A stretch of DNA of 64,000 nt from Acanthaster planci. Its lineage: Eukaryota. The notes beneath the pieces were generated by a model that made no database searches, was not told the DNA's origin, and was given only the letters and a program-made list of their open reading frames with translations. Below are positions 25,476 through 37,417 of the stretch, piece after piece. Numbering within the stretch: the stretch's first letter is position 1; the number at the start of each line of letters is the position of its first letter. The translations under genes and the position numbers were made by a program. The stretch lies in NCBI RefSeq assembly GCF_001949145.1, contig NW_019091359.1, forward strand, positions 2,456,861 to 2,520,860, given 5' to 3'.

Positions 25476-26935
25476 TTAATTTTTCTTTGAGGGACCACCT
25501 TTGGCCTTTCCCTGTTCAGGAGTGCCAATGACCAGTGCAGACTGCAGATACAGACTTTCCGTCTCACCTCCCTCTGTGCAGTTGCCACAGTACTCGGCTT
25601 CAGTGGTTTCCTCACTGATGAGGAAGGTTTCCTCTGTCCACTCTCTGATGAACAGTGCTTGGCCGGGGAAGGGGAGACTGGGCCGTGGACCATTCTTTTT
25701 CACGTAGTCCATGACCTCTTGGCTGAGCAAGAACACATCTCGTGTTTCCTCAAAGCAGTCCTCCTCATCAGGGTTCTCGATTTGGTGGACAAGAACTGTC
25801 AGGGGGTGGCAGGGCAATCCCCTGGCTTGGAGACCCTCATAAAGGACCTGATCGCAACCCTTGAGGTTACCGGCTGCAAGAGCTGCCATGGTGTATCTGT
25901 GCTGAAGGAATATGCCCAAATGCTCGTAGGAGGCTCGCTTAACCTTAGCGCTGATGTTACTCACATCAGAGACAATGTTGTCCAGAGTTGACTTGTTGTC
26001 AGCTGCAACCATGGGGCCTGTAGAGAAACTCTGCCTTTGGCAAAGTCCGTATTCACAGATGTAAGAATCTTCCTCTTGCTTGAGCACATTGTAGGTGATC
26101 GTAATGCGACTGCCCTCTTCGACTGGCACAATTTCATGGACACAGTCGGAGTAGAAGGCTGCCCACTGAATCTTTGACTGATCATTGGACAGGTTGGCAA
26201 ACAGAAACTTTTCCTTCACCCCTTTATGTTCAACAGTCAATGTTCTTTCAGTGTGCTTGCAAGGTAGGCAAATAACTACAGTTCCAATCATCCGAGCCGC
26301 ATCGACTGGGGTATCAACTTGTGCATTGAAGAAGCCACCCTTGCTATATACACGTTCAGCTTATAGCACTCAAGGATAACACTGGCCCCATTTGCCATGG
26401 TATCACTCACCTTCTTCCTGACGACGTCCAGAAACTTGGGGCCATAGTCAACAAGACCGGGAGGAGACGGAACTTTCTTCCTTTTGTCACCAGGCTTAGG
26501 CTTCTGATGATGCAGCTTCCTAGCAAAGTAGAACTTACTAGCTTCACACTCAGAAGCCAGGCGGACACTTGGATTGTACACCGTCTCCTGCTTCCTGAGA
26601 TCTCCATAGGGAGATGGCACACAGAACTCCAGGAGGCCATCAACAGGGAGCTCGGTGATCTTCCATCCAAGTTGGTTGGTGGCATCCTCTTTCATCTTCA
26701 GTCTGCAGTGAGCATCAGCTGAACTCAACTCTATCCAGCCCCCACAGCAGAAGGCTCTCTGCTGTGCCAACATCCCGAGGTTGCCAAGGAGCTGTCGGAC
26801 ACTTTTTCGGCCAGTTATTTCTTCACCCATGATTTCCCCAAGCTTGACTCCTTGGTGGGTGATATTCCACAAGATCCGCTCATACTCCCTGACTTTTCCA
26901 TTGGCCTGCTCATAATCGGAAAGAACATCGGCCAT
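25476..26935 (-). pseudogene. Intronless 2OG-Fe(II) oxygenase-family gene, frameshifted (about 485 aa if repaired)
   Basis: Two adjacent ORFs join after removing 2 nt at 26346-26347 to give YKLNVYSKGGFFNAQVDTP...MIGTVVICLP...WAAFYSDCVHEIVPVEEGSRITITYNV...LGIFLQHRY...LKGCD. The HxD His position is Gln (CAA at 26319-26321). Kozak-like caccATGg at 26935, acceptor-like site near 26970, AATAAA (minus) at 25362-25367. Confidence 0.8.
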
Positions 26936-27087
26936 GGTGCTGATTTGTGAGACAATGCTGTTGAAATCCCTTAGCAACACATAAGGGAAACAAGACAAAA
27001 TCCATGACATTTTCAGAAAACTATAATAAATCAGCAAAAATACTTCTGCTAACTTCTTTGTGAGTGCCTCCACATCTGCTTATCATG

Positions 27088-27737
27088 AGATTTGTAACGA
27101 GTCACTAAATTTTGTGATTCAAGTCTAGTTGAATCATTATAACAGTGATTTGAATCAATTGAGTTATCAGGCCAAAAAGTCAAAAATATATATTAGTTCC
27201 ACTTAATTCGAATCCCAAATATTTGAACACAAATAGGATGAACAACACAGGGTTGTGAGTGGCCACTTAAAATAAAAGCTGAAAACAGCTAATCAACAGC
27301 TGAAATGTAAAAATTTCCCCTTTTTACAGACCAGGTGTACAAAAAAGCTGAAAATCAGGGTCAACATCTAAACAAAAAAGCTGAATTCCCACACCTCTAA
27401 TAAAAACAAGAAAGTGCTTTTGGCATTTTATAAATTACCTTTGGGTTTCTATACATAGTTACACTACCGCTTCCTCTTCATGATAATCAACATGAGCATT
27501 ATAAACTGACACTAAGAGTCATTACAAATTTTTCTGCAAAGAAGTTTTGCTTTTATTTTTGGGACTCAAGTCTTGTTAACTGTCACTTGAGTCAGATCTT
27601 CTGATGACGGACTCAAGTCACTTGCAGGTAGTGACTTGAGTCAAGTCATTTAACAATTGGCACTTGAGTCAAGTCACCGAAATTGTGACTTGTGTTGGAT
27701 TCGAGTCAAGTCATTGACTCAAGTCCTTACAACTCTG
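27088..27737. mobile_element. Degenerate hAT-like MITE rich in GACTCAAGTC/GACTTGAGTC, with a nested second repeat
   Basis: Clustered gactcaagtc motifs at 27563-27730, end ...CTTACAACTCTG, possible 8-bp TSD cttatcat/cttgtcat. Confidence 0.4.
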
Positions 27738-28265
27738 CTTGTCATGTCTGTTTGATTTAAGTCAACAAGGGTAAGTCCCTTAGATCTGCCAGTAACTGGT
27801 GAACTGAACAGGAGTCTTCCCAGCTAGAGTAGAGTAGCAGTCATAGTACCTTCAATGTGGACTTTTTTAAAGGGTACTTTCCAATACCTTTAACCAGAAA
27901 GTGAAACCAAAATACTTTGGATACATTTAAGAGGAATGAATGAATTCATAAGATACTTGTCGAAGAATAAATCCTCATATGGTCCCATTAAAATAATTCA
28001 GGCTATAAGATTTAACTTGCAAACAAATTATGGTGAAACATATTTTTTTTTGGAAAACACCACAAAATACAAAACAACAGATTTGTGGTCTAACGCTGCC
28101 CTGCTACATGTAGGCCTACAATGTATACATGTTCTATACTATTCAACAACCCAAGTTTAACCCTAACACTCCTCAATCCTTCATCTGTTGGAGGACTGAG
28201 GAGTGTTTTCACTTTCCCACAGAGTGAGATCTTAGCCTATCTTCAGCTAGACTGGATGATGAAGG

Positions 28266-28504
28266 TACACTGTAAAAAGGCTGGGCAATTTTGTGCCCAA
28301 CATTGAGTGCCAGGTGAATCACTTAACTGTTGGGCTAAAAAAATAACACTGTGTAAAAAAAGTAGTACAAATAAAATTTGTTAACCACCGTTGGGTAAAA
28401 TGAGACAAGTTTGCGCATATATATCAGAAGAGAATTAACGCGGTTGGGTAATTCATCTGGTACCCAACATTGGGCTAAAAATTGCCCAGCATTTTTACTG
28501 TGTA
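28266..28504. mobile_element. TA-flanked MITE with about 50-bp TIRs
   Basis: TA-CACTGTAAAAAGGCTGGGCAATTTT...AAAATTGCCCAGCATTTTTACTGTG-TA. Confidence 0.75.
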
Positions 28505-29186
28505 ATGCTCAGGAAAATGGTTACATTTCTAATTAATAACTGTAAAATATACTGTTATTTTTTATTAGAGTTAGCTAGATTTTGTACACAATTAAATTAA
28601 AACAGTGAACAAATGAAAGGAAATACAGTAGTCCTGGGTTTCCAAGTTGACAAGTCATTGAATATCCAGGCTGGGGAATGATTACAAAGAGAAAGCAAAA
28701 GGATGTTGGCCCACACAACAAATTAACAACATAAACAAAACTTAAATTTGAAAATCCTGGACACAATAAACAGAGATATGACTTTCAATTATGTTTATTC
28801 AATAAAACATGTTTTTTTATTCTAATGCAGGGTTGGGACAGGTGAAAAGAGCGAGGGAAAACTCTGCACATAAACAACTATATTTTACTCAAAATCCAAA
28901 GACACAATTACCGGTATGAGAAAGAACATTTAACATTACCATAAACAAAAATTACACATACGTGTGTCAGCCTCATAATTATTCATACATCTCTCCAAGT
29001 AATAAACTGAATCCAAACAAATTGGGGTCATATTTTTTCCTCCTTTTCTTTTAAAAAATTCAAAGCACTTTGCATTACATTATCATGCTCACTGGGTCCT
29101 AGAGGTATAAAACATTTTATCTCAGCTCACTGGTGGCAGACAGCTCCATGCTGGCACAGTACAGTATATTACCAATTCAACCCACG

Positions 29187-29245
29187 TTAACCCTAACAGT
29201 CCTCAATCCTTCACCTGTTGGAGGACTGAGGACTGTTAGGGTTAA
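29187..29245. mobile_element. 51-bp hairpin mini-element flanked by TTAA (inverted copy of 4177-4235)
   Basis: 49/51 identical to the reverse complement of 4181-4231. Confidence 0.75.
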
Positions 29246-30374
29246 AACTTGCTGTTCTTAAACATACTCATTTGAAACCATATTTTGAGTGCATACATTT
29301 GCTGCCTACCGCTGACTACAAAATAAGTATAATTCTCACAATTTTTTCAGGAAAAATCACTAAAACCTTCACCGTTTACCAACAGCTCTTTTTCTATCAA
29401 GGCATCTTACAGAATCAGTCAAAATTCAAATGTGTCGCCAACAACTGGCACATTCTTTATACATCTGACAAAATTAGGGCATTGAGTCCCTTCAAAAGTA
29501 AGGGTGCCAACACTCTAAAGTCCTCAATAAAAAATAAAATGTAATTTTAATTTAAAACATAAAATAACTGAGTACTGTGTTTGATTTTGACAGGTTTGTG
29601 CTGGTAGGTATGAAAACATGGGAAAGGCTAATTATGTGTTAGGAATGCAGTGGCCAGTGAAGTTTCAGTGGACTTCAGAAAGGTTATCTCTCCCTACTTT
29701 TCTGTTGTTCAAAAGTGGAGTGATCAGGAATTATAAATGTATTTTCTCAGGACTTAATCAAATCACAGTAGGTGGTATTGTCCCAGGTGCCATCTAAAAC
29801 ACACGACCTTCATCTGTGTTCAACTTCTTTCTCTATGATCCAACCATGCAGGAAGGAATCAAACACTCAGTCATGCTCCTGGTTCTACATGTAGTTGGAA
29901 ATCAATGGCCACACACCCCCTCCAAGTTGTGTACATGTACATACCTATCTGATTTGCTTTGTATGCCTTTGGAGGAATGCCTCCTTGGTATTCCTCCATG
30001 GTTTGACCATAATTACTTGTAACATAGCAAGAATTCTTCCTATCATGTTGTCAGTACCTAGTGATCTATAAGCTCCAAGGCTGATTTGAGGCCACATGCA
30101 TGATCAGTGGATCATAGATGTTCACTCCATTTCCTACATCCTTGATAAACCTTAGGAGCTAACACTCAACAGGCAATAAGCTAAACACGTTCAGTTTCAC
30201 TCGAGTCATAACATTAGAACTGATATAAATGGCCAAATTCAAAATATTTGGAAGAAATGTTTTCAACTCTTCCAAGGTCGGATTGTGGCTCTTTATATCT
30301 CCGTAAAACAAGCCCCCCCCTAAAAATGGCTAGCTCTGGTTTCGCGTTAGAACCATAGAGCTCTATGGTCTTAC

Positions 30375-30620
30375 CTTATAACTCAAAAGCTTGAAAGGTA
30401 GTTAACAAGGCAGACTAGACGCAACGAAGGACGAACAATTCCAAGTAGGCCTAGGCTTGGCCCAAAAGTTACCGCCACTAGCTGGCTGAGTGTGCCGCTG
30501 CGCGCGCACGTGGTGATCGAATATGCAGGCACGGCAAGGCGCGCTAGTACAGAGTGCGCATGCGTGCTGACGGAACTCAACTTTCTGTCCCACGTACTGA
30601 TTCGATATATGTCTGGTCGA
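30375..30620. promoter_or_regulatory. CpG-rich, probably divergent promoter between the oxygenase gene (-) and SMKR1 (+)
   Basis: NRF1-type TGCGCATGCGTG at 30555-30566, TGCGCGCGCA at 30499-30508 and E-box CACGTG at 30507-30512. A minus-strand donor AAG|GTAAGA near 30374 would suit a non-coding first exon of the oxygenase gene. Confidence 0.5.
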
Positions 30621-30836
30621 CCGGTCATGGAGGAAGGAACCCATGGTCTGGTGGGGCCGGGTATGCTAGTGGTTGTGGTGGTGGTGGGGGGTATCATTTT
30701 TCAGCGTTTCTATCTCACTGTGAACATACTTGACAAGAAATGCCGTCAACCGGCAAAGAACAGTCACCTTTTTTTTTCCAAAGGTGTATGGGTTTAAAAT
30801 TCCGCGATTTTTTTATTATTGTAAAGACTAGCGGAT

Positions 30837-30893
30837 ATTATCCTGCAAACAAGATCTTTATCCGCCGGATAAAGATCTAGTTTGCAGGATAAT
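30837..30893. repeat. Near-perfect 57-bp palindrome
   Basis: attatcctgcaaacaagatctttatccg-c-cggataaagatctagtttgcaggataat: 28-bp arms with one mismatch. Confidence 0.9.
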
Positions 30894-32132
30894 GAGATCG
30901 AGGTGTAATTAGTAGATACATGCGAATATGTTTAGTATCAAAAACTTATATCTACTCACACAGTCACAGTATTTTCTAGCAACACTTCTTAAACAATTAA
31001 AAATTCATAAAAAGGCCAAAATGCGAATGCATATTCTACAGCGAGCAATTTTTTTAACCCGATTCCCACATACAGCGCCCTCATACCGTGACCTACTTAG
31101 TCTGCAGCTATGGTTACCAATGCATTGTTTATGTGTGAAATCCCCGCCAGCTTGCTGTTCGCGTCTGGATAGTTAAGTTGCGGAAGTTTTTCGTTTGGTT
31201 TGTGCAATGCACGATACATTCGAGACATTTAGACATCTGTTAAAGATGACAAACCTGTGAATGATGGTTAAACCGAGGTGACTTACTAACACCAAGTTGC
31301 TGTAAAAAATAGTGAGTTAAACTTTCTAGTTTTGGTCAAGGTAGGCTTACTTTTGGAGGTCATGATGTCCACAGAAGAACTTTGCAATGGCACCGCTGTT
31401 GTGCGTGCCAAAGCGCGGAAGTCCAGTTCGTCTGAAACAGTTCAAAATTTTGCTTCGATCATGCTCAATAGAATTTGATTTTGTGGAGATTTTAAAATTC
31501 GAAACCAAGTAAAAGGTTTCACCACTAAAAATGTTGTTCAGAGTGCCAGTGTTGAATGGTCACCCTTTCTGAAGTGCAGTAAGCTCATCATGAAATGATG
31601 AAATTAACTAGCATCAAAATGCATCTAGGTCTAGACTCTGTGGCTCTTTGTGGATTCTGTGGCATTCTGTCTTGAGGTTAACATCGTCAGCTTGACTCAT
31701 CTAATACTGCGATTCATACTGTTTGTCTTTTTTGCCATAGCTTTTCATAGGTCCTGCAAGTGCAAGCTTTGATGACATTTTAAGCCAGGAATCTTTAAAA
31801 TCATCAATTTTTGATGCGAACATGCAAGCCAGCATTAGAACACGTTTGTCCCAGTTTCCAAATGTGAGCGGTTCTCACCAGTACAAAATTCTTGTTGGGT
31901 TTGCAACAGCAGAGTTAAAAAAAAAAGTACTTTTACTTTTGGAATTAGAAAGAATTACAGTTTTGCTTGCATTAAACTGGTCATTTTACCCCAGAAAGAT
32001 GTCCTTTAACCAGTATTATTTAATTTTGGTATTTACAGATGATGTCTATGAAATTTATTTGTCATGCCACAAAGGTGCAGTGATAGACGGAGTCATTGCA
32101 TATAGTTGATTAGTAACTGCACACCTGTAGCC

Positions 32133-33172
32133 ATGGTAAGTGATTGAAAAGATCTCTAAGATACCATTTCTTTAATGAATAACATTCAAAGAATGGATTT
32201 CTTCTCAATAAATTTTACACAGTGAGCTGAACATCATACTTGGTGGCTCAGCTGTTATTAATTAAAAAAATCTAAGCAAAAATTACATAGTAACGTGAGG
32301 AATTCTTAATAAAACGACATCATTTTGAAATCCGTTGTTTGGTTGATCGGACAAAACCGGCACATAAGCCCAAATTAGAAAGATCATTTCACCTATGTAA
32401 ACAACAAATACCAAACTGTTTTGTAAGTGTAATGCATAAAATTTGCTCTGAAGTGTTTGTGTTATTTTTAACCACCTTCAACAAATTGGCCCAAGGCTTG
32501 ATTTCATTAAGCTGGTAAGCAGAAAATCTTGCTAAGCAATTTAACATACAGTGGTAAACCAGACACTGGTAGGATTCACCACATCGATTTTGGCCAGTAA
32601 CCTATTTCCTCTAAGCAAATATTTCGCTTGTTGATAAAAAACAAAAAATTGAGCCTGAGTCATTAGGTTGTGCCTGATTTACTTGACTGTGGCTTGGACT
32701 TACACACAAGTCTATGGTAATGGCTGTAGCCACTTCACACAGAGCTGTGTACAATTTCACATCACAGCCATACGCCTTCACCATGGTCTTAAGCTGAGTT
32801 TAAGCTTGAAACACATAACTTTCAATACTGCTCTCATCGGGATCTTTCTTCCCCCACCTTCTCTCACAGCCTGGTAAAAAAGCGGGATATAGCCGTAGCG
32901 CTAAGGCTCTCCCTCGCCGGAGTCAGAGCAGGAGTCGCAGCCGAAGCAAGAGTCCCAGCGGCAAGAGAAAAGGAAGAAAAGCCAGATCAGCATCCCCCGG
33001 CAAAGTAGCCAAGAAGCCCATCGACCTGATGAGTCCCGCTGCGATGACCAATGCTTACTACATTGCCCACGGTGCTCAGGAGTTCCTGGAGATGAGGGGC
33101 TTTGGCTGGCCCGACGCCCCCAAGGGAAAGAAGAAAGGCAAAGGCAAAGGCAAGAAAAAGAAGAAGAAATGA
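32133..33172 (+). CDS. SMKR1: Small lysine-rich protein 1 homolog (101 aa)
   Basis: ATG at 32133-32135 (gccATG|GTAAGT) spliced to exon 32870-33172: PGKKAGYSRSAKALPRRSQSRSRSRSKSPSGKRKGRKARSASPGKVAKKPIDLMSPAAMTNAYYIAHGAQEFLEMRGFGWPDAPKGKKKGKGKGKKKKKK*. The core matches the SMKR1 motif I recall (DILSPAAMLNLYYIAH...LRGFHWPGAPKGKKG). Confidence 0.9.
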
Positions 33173-35339
33173 GGAAAGTCACAGATGAAGGCTTATGACT
33201 GTCACTGAAGGAGTCTTTTCCTGTCTAAAATGTTTGCTCAGTTGCGGGCAACGCTGGCTATCTCTTCGGAGACTAATGTTCACAGTACATACATGTACAT
33301 ACAGTCCACGTTGATATGTACAGTATTTTTTCTAATGCACCTTGGTTAACCAACAGATCTTTGGAAGAAACATAAAGAAAGTCTTTATATGTAAGGAAGT
33401 TGGTTAAAATTTGTGTATTAAATATTGGTCAGTATTTTGAAACAAGAAAGTGCAGGTGACCCTATTCTGTGAATGTGTATCACATTGGCAACACATTTAT
33501 GTCTTTATACGTGTATTGTTAATTAATCAAAGCCTGTACTCAATTGATAAAAGGGTATGCTACACTACGGGGAATACCAGCGTTCAGGTATAGTCAGATC
33601 TAACATCAGGTTTTTACTGAAGGGGAAGAACTTTTATGCAAGTGGGACATGAACAACATTAATCAATATTCCAAACATAATTACGTCGTTTTACTTATCT
33701 TCATTTAGTTCCTGCAACAGTTATACAGACTTTACCCTTCTGAAGTTCTGTTGTGCTTCACTTTTCAGGTTCAAATATTGGAATTTTTTCCCACCTGGCC
33801 ATGATATAAAGCCGCCTTAGAAAATTGAAATGTTGCGCTCGTCAGGGAAAAGGGAAAAGACTTTTCACATCTTTTGGTTTTTAATTGTAAGATGCACCAT
33901 GTTTTTGTAGTGTGTAAAGCCCTTTTCAACTTGTATTCAAATGAAAAAATATAACAGAAGAGTTTGAAGGAAAGAATTACTCCAGAAAAGTCAGGTATTT
34001 GAGCGCTTGGATCAACTGCAAATTGGTGCCTACATCTTCCGAAAAGCAATTTTATAAATTTTTGTGTCCTGAAAAATATTTTCAGTACATGTACAATGTA
34101 CATGTATTTTTCTTCTACTAAGCTTGAGTGTGTTTGTGTGCTGTTGGTGCTAGGACTGTTTTTTTAATTGAAGTGAGGAGAAATTATGCAAATAGTTGTG
34201 ATGCATGTATTACGATGATACTATATAGCAACAGGTGCACTAAGCCTAGTCAATTTGGATAACAGTCTGGTGCTTTTTTGTGTGGTATTATCTCTCCATG
34301 GTATTATTGAAAAAATGATGTATCTATAGCAACTATTCTTTTAAATTGGGAGAAATACTCTTTCAATTGTTATTTCTGAAAAAAAATGCAGGCATTGTAT
34401 TGTTCAGAATGTTTGAATTGGCTTTCATAGTGCAAGTTGAAGGGGAACTTTGTTGTCCACTGGTAAGTTTTGGCTGGTATCTAAGACAGGTTACCTCAGT
34501 GGAAAAATTTGACCAGTGGTTCACAAATGGCCATTGCTGGTTGTCGAAAGCTGTACTTAATAATATGCAGATTTACTTGTATCCTGTTTTTGTACATGTA
34601 GATCAAAAGTTGGTTCAGTGAATCATGATGTAACCATGTTTCATGCTGCTGCGGGGGGCTTCCAACTTGTTGTTTTTGTGGATATTAATATGTGGTTTCA
34701 TAAGTGCCAAAATTTAAATAAACTCCTTGTCTTTGAATTTGTAGTCATGAATGTAACTACATTTCAAATTAATATATTTTCTTTTACAATTATTAACATC
34801 CTTATAAACATCAGCTTTTTCACATAAAGGGAATTTCAAAAGACTTGTATTGATGAGAACAGTTTTCATCACCTAAAATGTAATGTATTACATTTTTCAT
34901 TCTGAAACAATCACGGTGTAATCGATTGAATGTTTTGAAGCACAGAACAAATTTAATCATTCACAAGTTATCACTGAAAAACCATTAAAGTTACTTGCAA
35001 ACACGGACATTTCCAGTTTCACTGTGTTTTACTTCCAGCTGTTAAATTATGGAATGGTAAGGGCGAGTGTGCAATTGAATCTGTGATTTCCAGGCCAGAC
35101 TACCATGCTAGAACTCATTGTTTCCGGCCTTTGTATTTCCATTGAAAATCCTCGTTCTAGCACTCGATCGACTGTCAGACTAGCTGTGTAAATTGAGTGT
35201 GCATGTGCAACCTTACACCAGCTTGTTCACACTTTCCTCATTTAAAAATTTTCATGTTTTTTTTTTTGCAACTCCTGCTATGCCCGCAAGCTCAGCATAA
35301 TGGTGCAGGTCACAGTACATAAACTTTCAAATTTAGCCG

Positions 35340-35553
35340 CCACTTGGGAAAGTGCAATAAACCCGGTCATGCTCTCTTCAGCAGAATTGATCATTCAGTG
35401 AATTCTCCCTACCTCAATTGGCGGTACCCCTATTGGTATACCCTCTCTGAAAAATTGAGTGGCGTGCTCATAACCGTCCCGAATGTGTACGTTTCCGCGC
35501 ATCTAAATTCTGTTGGAAAGACCTTATTTGACGTCGATTTTACTCTGTTTATG
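35340..35553 (+). promoter_or_regulatory. Probable NRF1 promoter and non-coding first exon
   Basis: CpG-enriched stretch with inverted CCAAT (near 35432), GC-box-like TGGGCGTG (near 35460), CRE-like TGACGTC (near 35529) and a strong donor ATG|GTGAGT at 35553/35554. Confidence 0.55.
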
Positions 35554-37417
35554 GTGAGTATTTTGAAATTGTACGGCGTGGGTACATAAATAAAGAATCA
35601 ATTTTGGTATATTAATATGTTTTATGTTGCTTCTTCGAATAAGAACAAAGATTTTCCTCTACGAATCTGGCGCATATTTTGGAAATTTGTGCAGCTTTTG
35701 TCGTTTGCGCAGCCGCACTTCGCATTTTTTGGGAAGATCAAGATAACTTGAAATTATAAAATTCGCTTTTAAATATTCTTAATCGTGTTTCCTGGGTTTA
35801 CTTTTCTCTGGCTGAAGATGGGTTACAGGAGCTGTTGGACACTGACTCTTTTGCGTTTGAACAACAGTTAATGTGAATAAAATGCATGAGACATTCTCCT
35901 TCACTCATTCACCATTAACCATTGCGCAGCCGCAATTTCTTCGTTGCCTTCCTCGAACGTTCGTGTCGGCTCGTCAAATTTTACCGTGACAATAAACGAA
36001 AAGCGCAAGACGTTTTCATTACATATTACACCGGAATGAAAGTATAGGCTCCGAATTATTACTGGGTAGCCAGATTGTGGACATTTGGTGATTAGAAAGG
36101 AAAGATTCCTTGGCTACTGAGGTCCCGCAAATAATCTCTGGTTACCGTTTAATTTTCGACAGTTCAAGGTAGACATGCGCAAAAATGCTATGGCCATTAC
36201 GCAGTCGCAAAAATTGCTCAATCGTACGCATGCACCAGAAACTTCAGTTTTTGTTATGAATCGACACTTACACCCGATGGGGTACCGATGCCCGGCTTTT
36301 TCAGCTAGACCCCCGTCAATCCCCATGGTCAAATATACAGTGGAAATGCTCAGTTTTACTACGAGGAAAAGGAGCAGTATCTCAGGAATAAAAACTAATC
36401 ACCACACAACATTTTCCATTGATTATGCCGCCGCGGGAAATATTGGATGAATTCTTTTTTTCCTACTAGGTTAACCTATTATTATTATGCCCATCTCCGC
36501 TAAGTTTTTTTTATTTATTAGGCCTATTATATATTAACGTTAGGCCTATTTTCAGTTAAAAAGGGTTTCATTATTTTAACTTACTTTTGTTCATAAAAAT
36601 TCCTTTATGGTCACCCTGCCCCTGTAGGAAATAAAGAACAGTGACTTGCAATGTCATGCCAGGTAAATGTTGCTGGTAAAGTGGTAGGCCTAGTACTTCT
36701 GTGTCTGCTTTCCTCTCGTAAAAATCCCTAGAGCCTGTTACTTTCCTTGAACAAAAGCGAGCCATTCTTTGCCCTGCCATTTGGAAATTCTTGAAAAGAA
36801 TGGAAACGAGTTTAAGAAAAATTAAACAAGTGCAGCAATTTTTATTTTATTTTTAATTTTTTTTTGGGGGGGGGAATTATTGGGAAGAGTCACTCTTCCC
36901 TGTACTACAGGTCTTAGGTTACATTCTGCAAGTGTGCATAGGCCCTGTGTCTTTTCCAAGATTTTCCTCACAAAATACATAAGTAAAGTGATGAATTGTC
37001 ACTACTGTTGGGGTCGCTGTGACATCACCAAGGTCTTTTTTAGGCATCGTGAAGGGACAAAATTCGCCTTCATGTTATTCGACGCTATATGCAGAAATGC
37101 ACTGAAGTTCCCAGATGTCGGACCCTGAGAATCCCTATTACATTCAAGAATTAGAAGTTCAGGATACATACATGCAGTCATACCGACAAAACCATGGTTG
37201 TATGTCTAACTTGTTGCATTTACCAGAAAAGTGCCCTTGATTATTAAAGAGTAAAAGTTCCTGGGATTTTTTTGATTGAGGTCTGGATTTGCATATGTAA
37301 CTCATTTCAATTCTCACAAAACGGCTTGACCTTGCACTGCATTTCCCCTGCTTTCTTTTCTTCTTTTGTTAGTATACCACCTGAGTGACTTCAGGGTCAC
37401 CCCACTGGTAACCAATC

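Noticed and set aside
26340..26353. Programmed ribosomal frameshift in the oxygenase
   Set aside because: No slippery heptamer or evident stimulatory structure. A dinucleotide slip plus the lost metal ligand is better explained by decay or an assembly error.
23358..26935. Oxygenase gene carried inside a Tc1-like element
   Set aside because: No matching right-hand TIR was found beyond the gene.
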